Assembly (NCBI GenBank): GCA_010356995.1
Contig: ML996690.1
Location: forward strand, 265,101 to 329,100
DNA from: Trichodelitschia bisporula
Taxonomy: Eukaryota
Direction of reading: 5' to 3'
DNA: 64,000 bases
This document shows positions 1 to 11,510 of this stretch, one piece after another; positions within the stretch are counted from its first letter, which is position 1, and each line of letters begins with the position of its first letter. Made by a program: the position numbers and the translations under genes. The notes beneath the pieces are model-generated. The model searched no databases and had not been told where the DNA came from. It saw only the letters and a program-made list of their open reading frames with translations.

Positions 1-468
1 GCACGTCAGGCGCAAGTTACCCAAATCTTGCGCCAGTGTCGTCGGCAGCTTCGGATGCGGTCTGAAGCTCTCCTGGGACAGATATGCGCGACGGTCAACG
101 TTGATACCCTTGTCGGGATCAGCTTCGATCTGGTCGACTACAGCGCGCAGAAGCTCGTTGGGTAGGGTTAAAATGGCGGGAATGGGGGGCGTCGTTTTGA
201 CTGATCCATTGCTTCTACGTTCCGCTGGTACTGGCATCGACGATGGAGCTTGACTCGGCGGCAATGACGGTTGTGTCAGAGCTTCAGGCTGAGGCGGAGG
301 TGGTTCGTGCGCCGGCGGGAGCGAGGGCGGGTAGGGCTGGTGATCGGGCGCGTTGGGCAAAATCGCCACGGCGGGTGGCGGAGAAGCATGGTCGAGGGCA
401 TCGACAAGGCGTTTGGGACCGGATGGTCTCGAAGGTCGAGCCACAAGTGACTCGGCGGCTCGAGTCAT
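1..468 (-). CDS. F-box-like domain protein, 5' part (gene runs off the left edge of the window)
   Basis: Manual translation from ATG at 468 is open to position 1: MTRAAESLVARP...Pro-rich...PIPAILTLPNELLRAVVDQIEADPDKGINVDRRAYLSQESF...LAQDLGNLRLTC. LTLPNELL...LRLTC is an F-box-like signature. Absent from the ORF track because it has no stop in the window. Confidence 0.7.
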   Translation of the reverse strand, partial: MTRAAESLVARPSRPSGPKRLVDALDHASPPPAVAILPNAPDHQPYPPSLPPAHEPPPPQPEALTQPSLPPSQAPSSMPVPAERRSNGSVKTTPPIPAILTLPNELLRAVVDQIEADPDKGINVDRRAYLSQESFRPHPKLPTTLAQDLGNLRLTC

Positions 469-1256
469 GGTGTGCAAACGGCGAGGTTGGCCTCCGCGGG
501 CGGCGCGCGGGGGTCGGGAGGGGGGAACGGAACGTGGTGTGGCAGATTTTAAAAAAAAAAGTAATGACGTCGCCAGGGGTGCTGAAGAGCCAGACGAACG
601 GCAGATATAGACGACGTCTAGACCACAACAGATACGTAGAGTGACGACGGTAGCGGAGAAGTCAAAGGTCGTAGAGAACTTGGACGAGGGGATGGCGGAG
701 GGCGAAAAAAAGAGCTTCAACGGACATTTGGCAGCGATGACGGCGGCAAGGCGCAGCAAGGACAGCAAAGCGATATTCAGTAGTGGCCATAAGTCGATGC
801 AGCATGACCGCAGCTAACACAGTGCGAGTAGCGGAGTGGAAGCTGGCCTCATGCGTGGTTTCCGGAGAGGCTGCTGCCAGGTGCTGGGAGGGAGGGGGGG
901 TGGAGAGTGGAAGGGAACGCTGCCGGGCGATGGTTGGCGGCAGACAGGGCTGCAAGTTGCCGCAATCCACTCACTAGAGCAATCGTGAGCTAGGTTTGGG
1001 ATATCAAGGGTAGGGAGAGGGGTGCGTAGGGGGAGGTAATGATGGAGTGGGAGGGGGCATCGTACGGAACGCAGTGGAAGACCAGGCACAGGGTGAGATG
1101 CAGATTCCAGTTACGTAGGCCAGTAATACTCTTTACTCGAAGATGGAATGGAGGGCCATGAGTGGTAGGTAACGGATACGGAGAAGAATGGAAGAATAGG
1201 ATGGGAGGAGATGGAGGAAGCGGGGGGACGTGGAGCTGGAGCTGGGTAGGGAGCTG

Positions 1257-1289
1257 GGTGGTGGTGGTGGTGGTGGTGGTGGTGGTGGT
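1257..1289. repeat. (GGT)11 microsatellite
   Basis: Read directly in the sequence. Confidence 0.95.
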
Positions 1290-2370
1290 AAGGTGTGTAT
1301 GTGTGGAAAGGATAGCGGCAGGGCCGAGAAAGTGACCAACTAACACCAACAAGCAGCTACCAACGCAAGCAGGAAAAAGCGACAGCAGATATTGGCAAGC
1401 TATTGCTGCTGGTGCTGCAAGCCGCGGCAGAGGCAGGTAAAGACTTGTGAGCCTCGTTGTCACCAAGCCCGTAACAGCCGAGTGAGGACGCAGAGTGGAA
1501 CAAGAGGTGCGGAGAGGGTGTAAGAGATCGGAGAGAAAGGTGCAAGAGGTTCGAGGAAAGAACAAAAAGTGCCGGGACACCGAACCACTCAGAGTTCAAG
1601 CTACCCTATCGCGATCACCTGACCGACTGGAGCTGCGCGTCGAGCTGCGGAGAAGGGCCCGTTCCGCTGTTCGGGTTAAGGCTTTTGGGTTCGTTTGGTG
1701 GGAGGGGGAGGGGTGGAGGGGTTTGAGTGGGTTGAGAGATGCATTGCCGGGAACATGGGGTGTGGGGGTGGGTGAGGGATGATTGTGTTTGGCGCAACTG
1801 GGGGGAGGGGGGAAAGTATGTGCGTCGGCAGAGAGGGAATGGAGAGGGGGGGGGGTTTACGCTACGAGGAGACGCTGTGGATGCATTCCCGGATGCACCT
1901 GTCTATGGTGCAAAGCCCAGACGGACCACTGCTACAGGGCGAGAGACAGGGCAATGCAGGTCTGCAGACAGGCATTGGGGGGGAGGGATGCAGACGATGC
2001 CGGCTGCGTGTGGTTGTGATGAAAAGTCTTCACTGGGGGGAGAGATGAGCGCGTGTTTGCGGCTGCTTGGATGAGTGAATGATGCGAGGAGAAGGCCATA
2101 GTGGGAGAAAATAGAAAGCGTGGGATGCAATTGTGAAGTCGTGAAGGGATTGATATAGAGCATGGAGGGAAGACGACAGGAAGCAGTGAGAAGAAGACGA
2201 GATGTCGTTGAAGGGGATGAAGTGGAAGAAGGAAAAGAGACGTCGGACGTCCTACCTCATTCATCTTCTCGTCTCATCCTTTCTCCGGCGCCCCTTACCT
2301 TCCAGAACACACGGTTACTGTCACTCCTACCCCACAATCGACAACTCCGAAGCAGAAGCAGAAGGGATGC

Positions 2371-2390
2371 CTCTCTGTTTTCTCCTCTCT

Positions 2391-2435
<45 letters not shown>

Positions 2436-2473
2436 TCTCCCCTCTCTCTCTCTCTCTCTCTTTTCTCTCTCTC
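2371..2473. repeat. Compound (CT)n / poly-C microsatellite
   Basis: Long interrupted CT dinucleotide run with a C homopolymer. Confidence 0.95.
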
Positions 2474-3621
2474 ACGGCCATTCCTTCCACCTCTCTCGAC
2501 CTCTCCTTCCCAGGTCACAAGTTGCCCGCCTCATGCCTTCGGCAATGGTCACAAAACCCCTCAGCCGCTCCGCCATCAGAGCCTTAAGCCCCGCCATGAC
2601 GTCGAAGCTGTTGTGTAGCAAGTGGGCCTACAGTGCCTGAAAGCGGTGAGCACGACGGGGAAGCGTCCCTCTACGTTCCTTCTCTCCACCATATATCACT
2701 CATATCTGCATCTCCATCTGGTCTTCTTCCCACCCTAACCTATCCCCCATACGTAGTACTTCTACAATACCTCGACCTCAACCTCCACGCCCAATGTTCT
2801 CCACCTCCACCTCCACGCTCGCTTCCCCCACACAAAGACACCCCACATCCCGCACTTAACCCCGCACTCCCTCCTCACCACCAAAGCCCCCACCATCGCG
2901 CCCATTGCCTCATTCACCACCCCACTCCCGCCCCCACAGTCAATAAATAGTACTTACGCCCCCGTCAGCCAGCCTTTTAACTTATCACATATTTACCACA
3001 CCCCTCCCCAAGAGAAAAGCAAAAGACCCCCGAAGTCAAGACTTAACGCCACTGAATCCTTCGCATTCCCGCTTGGGCCGCAGCGCGATTGGCATGCCTG
3101 TCCGCTTGCGCGCGGGAAGCCCACGGCCACCCAATTGTCCCCCAACCCGAGGCGGCTGTTCCTTGTTGTCCGACCCCAAGGCCAGATACCCTGGTCTTAT
3201 TGCTCTTTTCTCCTCTCTTCCCCTCTCTGGCCCGCTCCGGATGCGGATGTAGTTCGGCATCCGCACCTGGTCGAGTACTTGTTCCTAAGCCTCTGCCATT
3301 GCTGACCACAAGGCGCAAAAAGCCAATATACATGCTACTGCGCTTAAACTCTGTCGTCGTTGATGCTACTCTGCTTGCTCCCTTGAACTATACAACCCAA
3401 AAACATAGGGCCTCTGCATCAGTCGTGCCTTTCGTTAGCAACCTTTCCCTTGCCCACCATGCCACCGGAACCCTTGAACCACCGGGCCGTCCCATTGCAC
3501 CGTCCCCGCCAAAAATAAGCAAAATGTACCGCCTTAGACGCCTCGCTGCCGCGCCCAGAACATCATAAGTTAGCTCCATAACCGTCTGCAGACCCTCATC
3601 CCGTCACGGTCCAATGCAGGC

Positions 3622-5740
3622 TCAAGGCTCATCGGCCGCCCTCGCGACCAGCCTCTCTAGCGCCCCCACTCCCTCTTCCAACCTCTCCCGCAGAACCCTC
3701 TGCTCGCGCCCCACGCGCACGGCCTCAGCAATACCCTTAGCCTCCAGCTCGATCTCGCCCCTCTCGGCCCTCAACGTCAACAACTCGGCTCTCAACTCCC
3801 TTTCCAGCCGCCGCGCCTTTCTTACCCGCGCCCCAAGCACAACGCCCGTGTTCGCTCGAAGCGAGAGCTCAAACAACGTGTCCTGCAACACACTGTCGAA
3901 CACCCGCACCGCCTTGCGCTGCCGCTTGACCACTGAGCGCTGTGCTCCCGACGACGCGCGCCGCCGGCCCTCAAGCCGCTGCAGCACATCCGCCGTCAGC
4001 TCGCCCGTCACCTGCGCGAGCACGTCCACCGGATTGAGTCCGGGCGTCGGGTCGGCGCCCAGCGGGTCGGCGTCCAGATCGGATGGGCGCACGGGCCGGT
4101 AGATGGTGATGGGGATTTTGTTCGCGGCGGTGGAGCGGCGCTTGTGGGTCGAGGGTTTGGGGCGTGCGATGCGGGGTCGCTTCTTGATGGGGGCGCGGGC
4201 GGGCCGTTGGGGGGTGAGTTCGTCGTCACTGGCCTGTGCACGGTCGGTGCCGCGGGGTTGGGATTGGCGGGCGGATTGGGTGTTCGCAAAGGAGAGCTCG
4301 TCTTCGCTGCCTTCGGCGATGGGTTCGAGCTCGTCTCGGCCTGTGTCTTGCACAGGTGCAGGTCGAGAGTTTTGGCGTGTCTCTGGGGAGAGTTCGTCCT
4401 CGCTTGTAGGTTGATAGACGTCCTGCCTGGTGCTTTGGTCCTGCGGGACGAAAAGCGAGCTCGGTTCCTTCGAGCCCGCACCCAGCGACGTCGTTACATG
4501 GTTGGGGGAGAGCTCGTCTTCGTCATCAGCCCCAGCGGGCCCTTGTCCGGGGGTCCTAGGGTGGCTGGTTTTCGTGCTACGAGCATCGTTCCTGCTGCGC
4601 TTGGCGTTTGCTGCTGAGGTTGACTGCACGAGCGGACGTCTCCGTTTGCCCACAGACTTGTCTGTTGGTGTTGAGTCCTGGTTTTCCTGTTGCTGGAATA
4701 GCTCGGGGATGGTCCGGTTTGCTGTGCGCGTGCTGCGTCTTGGAGCGGAGCTGCTCGCCTCTTGCAAGGGCCCGGGCGCGTGAGATCGTGCATTACGCAC
4801 AGCTTGCACACCAGACGAGCTTCGATCTGGCCCGTGGGCTGGATCCTCAACAAGGTCCCGTTCAACAGGATCCCGTTGAGTGCCTTCGAAGGAAGGTGGG
4901 ATCTGTCCACTGGGTGTAGCAAGAACCTGAAGCGTTCCTTCCCCTCCAAAGGACGTGCCTTTCTCGCCCCGATCCTCTGTCTTGATCTCCGTTGTCGGAA
5001 CCGCAGAGCTACGCGTAACGTCCGGGGCCGGACCCACCCTACGCGAAGTCGCGCTCGAAATCTGATGTGCTGGGCTATCACCCTCGAGTTCATCCGCCCC
5101 TTCTCCCGTCGGTCCGACCGTCCGCCGCCGCGACACGGATCGCCGAGCGGTGGAAGGGCGAGAAACGCTGGTTAGCGAGTTGTCGTTTTCGACTAGTTCG
5201 TCTGGGTCTGATTCTGGAGGGGTGGGCCGCTTGCGCTTCCGTGCTGTTGATGTGGTGGGTTGTGCATGATCAGGTTGAACGGGAGCGGCGGGCGTCTTCT
5301 TCGCCCGCGTGGAGCGTGTGCTGATGCTTGAGCTGGATCCTGCGGGTTGTTCTTGTACAGGTGCAGCAGCTGGTGTCTTCTTCTGCCGCGTAGACCGCGT
5401 GCTGGTTGCTGAGCTGGACCTGGCGGGTGTTTTGCGCGTTGAACGTCGCGGTTGGAGGGGTTGTGGGGTACGAGAGGGGAGCTGCGCTGGTGCTGGTGGG
5501 GGATTTGGGGTGCGGCGGGACGAGAGTCGCGCGGGTAGGGGCGCGTTGCCGAATGTGAATCCGAAATCTGCGTTCTGGATTGCTCGAGTGCTGGAGTTCT
5601 GTTAGTTGAGGTCGGTCGCTGTGAGAGAGGACGTACCCGGCGCCGCGTTGGCGGAGTAGACGGCGCTCTTGTCTGTCTGGAACGTGTTAGTTCGCGCTAA
5701 TAGAAATACTGAGCGTAGAGAACATACCGTTCGGCGCCAT
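3622..5740 (-). CDS. Inner kinetochore subunit AME1/CENP-U-like protein (3 exons: 5740-5728, 5676-5637, 5590-3622)
   Basis: Spliced N-terminus MAPNDRQERRLLRQRGAGTRAIQNADFGFTFG, with GTATGT..CTAAC..CAG and GTACGT..CTAAC..CAG introns, joins in frame to the 504-aa ORF. Repeated DEL motifs and the C-terminal IPITIYR...NPVDVLAQ...coiled coil match my recollection of fungal Ame1-like proteins. Confidence 0.7.
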
Positions 5741-5959
5741 TGTCGTGAAGTGCGGATGTGATGGCGTTGGAGGTCTCCGCACTTGTCGCGTCGAGATGCG
5801 CGCGGTGTTTGGGTGCCAAGTCTGTGGCTTGATAGGGCGGCAGAGATTGTGGCTTAAGCCGTTGCAGGGGCTCGCTTGCTCCGCTCCGGACGGGATCTAG
5901 AAAAATCATCGTTCACAACCTCAACCCACGACATCCCACCCCGCCGCGGCAATTGCAAA

Positions 5960-6904
5960 ATGGGCTGGCTTTGGGGAAAGGACGATAACGCGCCTGACGC
6001 TGTCAACAAGCTCGATCCTAGTCTTCGTGACTTTCTCGAGCGAGAAGCGCCCAAGTCGACGCAGCCGGCACAGGCACAATCGGCACCCTCCGCGCAGCCG
6101 CGGACCTCTGCCCCTCCTACATCCGCAGAAGACCGGCCGGTTGTCCCGGAAGCGTCGCTCTATAAAGATGGCCGCTACGCACACATCTGGAAGAACTACC
6201 GACCACTGCATGAGATCGAAGCAGCGACCAAGAACGAGAACGACAAACTGAGGGATCTGGTGGATCTGTACGAGGACCGGAAGAAGCAGATCGGCCGGAC
6301 GGCGCTCGAGAACTGCTCGCTCGAGATGCTGGAGCAGCAGGATTGCTTCACCAATGGCACGTGGCTGGATCGCACGAATATGTGTCGGGACAAGACGCGG
6401 GCTTTTGGTCGCTGTTACGACATGCAGATTAAGTTCCTGAAGGCTCTTGGTTTCTTGTCTGTTGTAGGACGCCCGGAAGAGGAGGAAGAGAAGATCCAGA
6501 TGCATGCATACAGGCTGTACCAGCAGATGCTGGAGCAAGAGCGGATCAGGGAAGCCGCAAAAGAGACCGGCCAGCCCACCCCCGAACTGGAACCCGTCCT
6601 CACGCCGCAAAAAGTCGCCGCCGCTTTTGGTGCCAAAATCCCCATCACCAAAGGCGAAGCTTTCTCCAGTATACCCGAGCCGCTGCGGGCCGACTTTAAG
6701 AAAACCATTGAGAACAAGACGCCCGAGGAAGCAGCCATCGAAGAAGCCGTGTTCGTCGCCGACATCGAGCGGCGCAAGGCGCTCGGCAAGGACTATGCGG
6801 TAATCATGCAAGCGGAAAAGCTGCAGCGCCAGAAGCGCTGGGCCGAAGGACGCGCGACAGTTGGAGACCGCATGAAGAGGTGGTGGGGAGGATGGGATGA
6901 TTGA
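5960..6904 (+). CDS. Conserved fungal protein with twin CX9C motifs (CHCH-like), function unknown
   Basis: ATG at 5960 (MGWLWGKDD...LDPSLRDFLE); contains C-SLEMLEQQD-C and C-RDKTRAFGR-C; single exon, coding-like composition. Confidence 0.8.
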   Translation: MGWLWGKDDNAPDAVNKLDPSLRDFLEREAPKSTQPAQAQSAPSAQPRTSAPPTSAEDRPVVPEASLYKDGRYAHIWKNYRPLHEIEAATKNENDKLRDLVDLYEDRKKQIGRTALENCSLEMLEQQDCFTNGTWLDRTNMCRDKTRAFGRCYDMQIKFLKALGFLSVVGRPEEEEEKIQMHAYRLYQQMLEQERIREAAKETGQPTPELEPVLTPQKVAAAFGAKIPITKGEAFSSIPEPLRADFKKTIENKTPEEAAIEEAVFVADIERRKALGKDYAVIMQAEKLQRQKRWAEGRATVGDRMKRWWGGWDD

Positions 6905-7074
6905 ATGCCGACTGCATTTATTCTGGTGCGCTTTGTCACCGGCGGTCGCCGGTCGTTGTCGCCATTCGCGCCACTACACGCCTGTGAGTTATTCCGAATA
7001 CAAATCTCCGCTGTGTGTCATCTGTGCACATTACGCCTTCTGCCACGTAGTGAACTGATGGCCTGCGCACAGCG

Positions 7075-7548
7075 CTTCAACAGTCTCGCCATGAAACACC
7101 CGCCTCTCTCGCAGTACTGTCTCACTGCCAGCAGCAACTTCCGGCGCTCGTACTCCTCATCGACCCAATCAGCGGTGATCGAGACTCATGCCTGGTCCAC
7201 TTCGGCATCAATGTTTAGAGCTGTTCGAACCGCCAAGCGTTTGTCTCAATCATCGATCCTTGGGTGAATGTAGAGTATGGGCGTCGGAAGCAGTTGTTGA
7301 TCTTCTGCGCCTCGACAGTCTCTCCATGAAACACTCGCCTCTCTCTCGGTGCTACCTCGCTGCCAGCAGCGATTTCCGGCGCTCGTACTCTTCGTCCACC
7401 CAGTGAGCGGTGATTAAGACGCACGCTTGGTTCACTTCAGTATCGCTATATAGAGCTGTCGAACCGGAAGGCGTGCATCTCGATCACCGCTCATTGCGTT
7501 GACGAAATGTACGAGCGTCAGGAGTAGCCGTTGGTCTTCCACGCCTCG
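7075..7548. repeat. Two tandem ~235-bp degenerate units, each an imperfect palindrome; the arms translate to a hAT-transposase-like peptide
   Basis: CCATGAAACAC at 7089 and 7324. Arms 7129-7185/7243-7299 and 7364-7426/7471-7533 are reverse complements (about 70% identity by manual count for the first pair). Peptide ITAHWVDEEYERRK(L/S)LLA. Confidence 0.75.
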
Positions 7549-8076
7549 CCAGAGCTTGTTTCCATTTCAGGCGGAGCGCTTCAACTCGAGCACTCATAAA
7601 CGCGACGTCGCCCGCTCACGAGCAGGTGCAATCAGTCCTCCCTACATTCTCCTCCGGACACTCACCTCAGGGCGGCTAGTCAATGGGAGGTCTACACATG
7701 AGTTCACTGACGCACTCCAATCAGTACATTCGCATGAGTTGTCCACGAAGCGGGTGTACCCGTGGCGGCGCGATGCGAGCCGGCTTCGATGGCCGCTGGC
7801 ACTGCAAGCATGGAAGCATTTACTGCATGGGTTTTGCCGATATAGCGGGGCACAGAACGGTTATCAAGAGCTTAGTCTGTCGTCTTTTCGATCGCAAGTC
7901 CTCAGCTCCTCGACTCGATTTTCATCACGTGATCTGCAACGTTGCGACTTGAGCGTTTGTGCTCGACGACAACGCATCGCGCCCCGAGTACTTAGCGACG
8001 TACAGCGATATCCATCTCCTGAGAACCACATTCCAAACCACCCGCAAAGCGCTGAGAAGGCAACACTCTCGTCAGA

Positions 8077-8988
8077 ATGCTCGACGAAAAGCCCACACCT
8101 TCCTTCAATTTCCTCGGCCTCCCACGCGAACTCCGCGACAAAGTCTACTACTACTGCTTCGAGCCCGAAATCCTCAGCTCTCAACGCGATAAGCATGGCC
8201 GCCTGCCCACTATCGACCCAGGGCCACCATCGTCAAAGCACGGTCTCCTCACCACAAATCGGCAAATCCACACCGAATACACCACTTTCTTCAGCACCCA
8301 CGTGCCCCTGAACCTCTCCCTCACCTCCTCCTCATCCACCCTCGGATACTGGCCCCTCCCCCCCACCATCCGGAACCACCAGCGCCACCTACACATCAGC
8401 ATCTCAACCTCCCACTCCTTCGCAAAACGTATCTCCTCCGACCCCCACGCCGCTACCAACCTCCGACGCTTCATCAACTCCCTCCCGAAGCTCGAACACG
8501 TCGAGCTCGCAATGCGCACAACTGACTACCTCTACGCCGGGCAACTCGTCGCCTGCAAACCGCTCATGAAAGCCTTCTTCCTCGCCTGCCGCTCCCACCC
8601 ACGTATCTGTTCCTTGACCGTGGTGCAGGACTGCACGCAGACCAACGCTGCGCCTTCCGTGCGTCGGTTCGAGCGCTCCCGCAACGGCGCCGCGTTCGCC
8701 GCCGTCCATGCCCGATGCGAGCATGTTACGGAACGAGGTGTGCGGGCTTGCTCGCGCTTCTGCCTCAACCACGCGCTGAATCGCTGGGAGGACCAGGCGC
8801 TCATCCAGGAAGCGCAGGCGGAGAGTCTCGCGGCTGCGGCGGAGAGTTTGGCTGCTGCTACGGCGGCGGCGGCGGCGGCGAGGGCGTTGCTGGCTACTGC
8901 GGGGTGTGAGTGGCGCCGTTTTGCGGAGCTTGGGAGTTGGATTGGGATTGGACATTTTGGGGGGAGGATGGTAAGCGCGGTGGGATGA
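8077..8988 (+). CDS. F-box-like (LPRELRD-type) domain protein
   Basis: 303-aa ORF with N-terminal FNFLGLPRELRDKVYYY motif and LLTTNRQIHTEY. Confidence 0.75.
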   Translation: MLDEKPTPSFNFLGLPRELRDKVYYYCFEPEILSSQRDKHGRLPTIDPGPPSSKHGLLTTNRQIHTEYTTFFSTHVPLNLSLTSSSSTLGYWPLPPTIRNHQRHLHISISTSHSFAKRISSDPHAATNLRRFINSLPKLEHVELAMRTTDYLYAGQLVACKPLMKAFFLACRSHPRICSLTVVQDCTQTNAAPSVRRFERSRNGAAFAAVHARCEHVTERGVRACSRFCLNHALNRWEDQALIQEAQAESLAAAAESLAAATAAAAAARALLATAGCEWRRFAELGSWIGIGHFGGRMVSAVG

Positions 8989-9693
8989 TGGCGGAAGGGG
9001 GCGGAGGGGTGATGGCCGAGGACTTGTGTTGCATTTTTTTGGGAGTTGGGCATAGCGGTTGGGCATAGGGTTGGAGTTGGGTTTGGAGTTGGTTTTGGCG
9101 TTGCGAGACCCAGATGGACGCCGTCTTTTGACTTTCCTTTGCTCTAACATTTCGATACCCGTCACGTGAACACGTGTCTCCTTATCTTCCGCGTGGAGTT
9201 TTGGCGGATTGCGGGGTGAGACAGGGGTATCGCGGCGGAGGATGCCGTAGTTGCCATAGTTTGAAATAATGGCCGAACACCGGCCATTTATCATCGCTCA
9301 GCCTTTTCTGTCCCGCGAAAAAGGCCGCATCGCCAAGTACGCGGTCGATGTATCTTCTGGAGATACGCGGTCCGTGTACCCTTCTCGCAGCCATCGCATC
9401 GCCGTCGCCGTTGTTGATCGCTCGGGTCGACACGCCAGCGCATGGGAAACGTGGCTGGCCTGGACGCGTGCAACGGTGGGGGCGGGGGATTGGTGATCGT
9501 GGTGGTGAGAAGCTCTGGCAAGTGAGCGATACCTGATTTGCTCTCTTTGGCAGGCAGGTATTGGTAGGAGTCGTGCCACTCGATATTAGCCGTGATCCTC
9601 TAGTCCAAGCCTCACTTCCACGGAAACAGAGAGCACGGCGATCGTGAACGCGGATTGAGATGTTTGCATTCAACCAGCGATCTAACGGCTCTC

Positions 9694-10908
9694 CTACACC
9701 TTACTCTTCGTGCCCGCTGCCTGCTCACTCACCATCTTCCGAATCGCCGTACTACTTAACTTACTCTCAAACGCTCCCCCGCCCTCCCCCTCCTCCGCGT
9801 CCAGCACATCCACCTCCAGCACCTTCAGCGGCTTCCACCCCTTCTCCACGCGCTTATCATTAACCATCTTCCCACCCGCCCTCGTCTCCGCCGAAAGCAC
9901 CAAGGCATCCATCTCCGGCTCCGTAATCGTCGGGCCAAACGGATCCCAAATCTCCACATACTCAATCCGCATACATTGCCGCGGGATATCGACCTTCACG
10001 ACATGACCATTCGGTCCCTCGTCCCAGGTCTCAGAAATCCGGCCCTGGTCCCGTGTAGGGCCGACGTATGCGACACGCAGGATCGCCTCCAAAAACCCGT
10101 GCACAGCCCGGTACCGTTGGTCCCACGGCTCCAGATACTCGGCGTACTTCTTGCTCGCTAGCTGCGCTGCCGCGGTCAAGCCGATCACCATCCTGGCCTT
10201 CTCATTGTTCCCGGAGAGATCAAGCTCATCAAACCCCCATGAGTCTAGCGCAAACGCTGTCATCGTCAGGAGCAGCTTGTGCCCTAAGTGCAAGTGGTCG
10301 AAGGTGCCACCGACAACAACCGTGCGCACCGGATCATCGCCCGCCTCTACAGGCTCATCCGCTGGTTCCGGGCCTGGCTCGTTCGGTTCCGGCCCCTCAT
10401 CAGTGTCCGCACTTATCACTTTGATTTTGGGGGCGCCCTCCCACTTAAACCAGTCATCGCGCAGTTTAAGAAACTCATCCCGCAGGGCCGCGCCGCGGGG
10501 GCTCGGCACGGCGATCAGATTGCCCCACCTGCCCAAAACGAGAGCTTCGAGCGAGTATGTGGGCCCGATTTGCTTGTACGGCCATGCGGGGAAAGTGAAC
10601 GGGTACGCGAGGATTAGGACGCGCACGTCCAGGGCGTTGGCGCCGGCGAGGGGAATGGAGTGCGCGGCCGCGACGGCGGCGATGAGTTTGTAGATGTTGG
10701 CGAGGGCGCGCTGGGTACGGGTGAAGAGGGGGGCGCGGTTGCTGTCGAGCGTGAGGTGCGGGAGGGGGAGGGCGATGTCGAGTTCGGCGGGGAGGGAGGA
10801 TGGGGGGGGGGGGAGGGGGGTGTAGACTCTTTTGATGGTGAGATAGGGGGAGTTGGCGGGGAGGGGAGGGAGGAGGAGGAGGTCCGGCTTGATTTCTGAC
10901 GGTGCCAT
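9694..10908 (-). CDS. CAB4: Phosphopantetheine adenylyltransferase (cytidylyltransferase-like family)
   Basis: 404-aa ORF with VVVGGTFDHLHLGHKLLL (HxGH), DPFGPTIT, LVLSAET..GG..VNDKR and terminal KLSSTAIR. Confidence 0.9.
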   Translation of the reverse strand: MAPSEIKPDLLLLPPLPANSPYLTIKRVYTPLPPPPSSLPAELDIALPLPHLTLDSNRAPLFTRTQRALANIYKLIAAVAAAHSIPLAGANALDVRVLILAYPFTFPAWPYKQIGPTYSLEALVLGRWGNLIAVPSPRGAALRDEFLKLRDDWFKWEGAPKIKVISADTDEGPEPNEPGPEPADEPVEAGDDPVRTVVVGGTFDHLHLGHKLLLTMTAFALDSWGFDELDLSGNNEKARMVIGLTAAAQLASKKYAEYLEPWDQRYRAVHGFLEAILRVAYVGPTRDQGRISETWDEGPNGHVVKVDIPRQCMRIEYVEIWDPFGPTITEPEMDALVLSAETRAGGKMVNDKRVEKGWKPLKVLEVDVLDAEEGEGGGAFESKLSSTAIRKMVSEQAAGTKSKV

Positions 10909-11149
10909 TGTAGATTATTGGTAATGGGGGGTTGAGATGAGGCTTTTGGGGAGGATGCAGCTCGTGGGGTTGGTTCCAGGGTACGGTACGGGAGGGGTGC
11001 GGGACGTGTGCCGAGGGGCCCCGCACTTGCCGTTCCTCAAGGCAACTTGGCGTGGTGGGGTGGACAGGGGTGTCCGGTTTGGGGATCAGGCTGAGGAGCG
11101 GGGCCCGTCAAGTGGTGGGACGAGAATAGTGGAGGCGGCCTCACTCTGC

Positions 11150-11510
11150 TAAAGCTAAAGCTCTCTTTGGATCAGCCGTTTTTGAGGTGTGCTTACATGC
11201 TGCCTACATATTGTGAAGACTGGTTGAGTCAGGAATATCCGGTTTGAGGATCAGGCTGAGAAGCGGAGCACGTCGAGTGTGCGAGGACGGTAGATATGCC
11301 CTCGCCATGCTTCTGACTACTTTCCCTTTTGCATGCCCATTTTTGGATGCGCTTGCATGCTGCCGGTATTGCGTGGACCATGCTGAACGGGACAGACCAG
11401 GCTGAGAAGTGGAGCACATCAAGTGTGAGAGGACAGTCATTTGCCTCACCATACTTCTACCAACTAACCCTTTCCATCACCCGCTTTTGGATATGCTTAC
11501 ATGTTGCCTA
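11150..11510. repeat. Degenerate tandem repeat, ~145-160 bp period, 2 full copies + 1 partial
   Basis: GCTT(A/G)CATG(C/T)TGCC at 11191, 11351 and 11495; CAGGCTGAGAAG(C/T)GGAGCAC at 11252 and 11398. Confidence 0.85.

Noticed and set aside
600..3600. Many 60-200 aa ORFs
   Set aside because: Driven by microsatellites and purine/pyrimidine-skewed sequence; no recognisable domains. Treated as intergenic/upstream region.
8404..9294. 296-aa minus-strand ORF (and similar antisense ORFs at 5921, 36561, 38104, 40916)
   Set aside because: Antisense shadows of real GC-rich genes.
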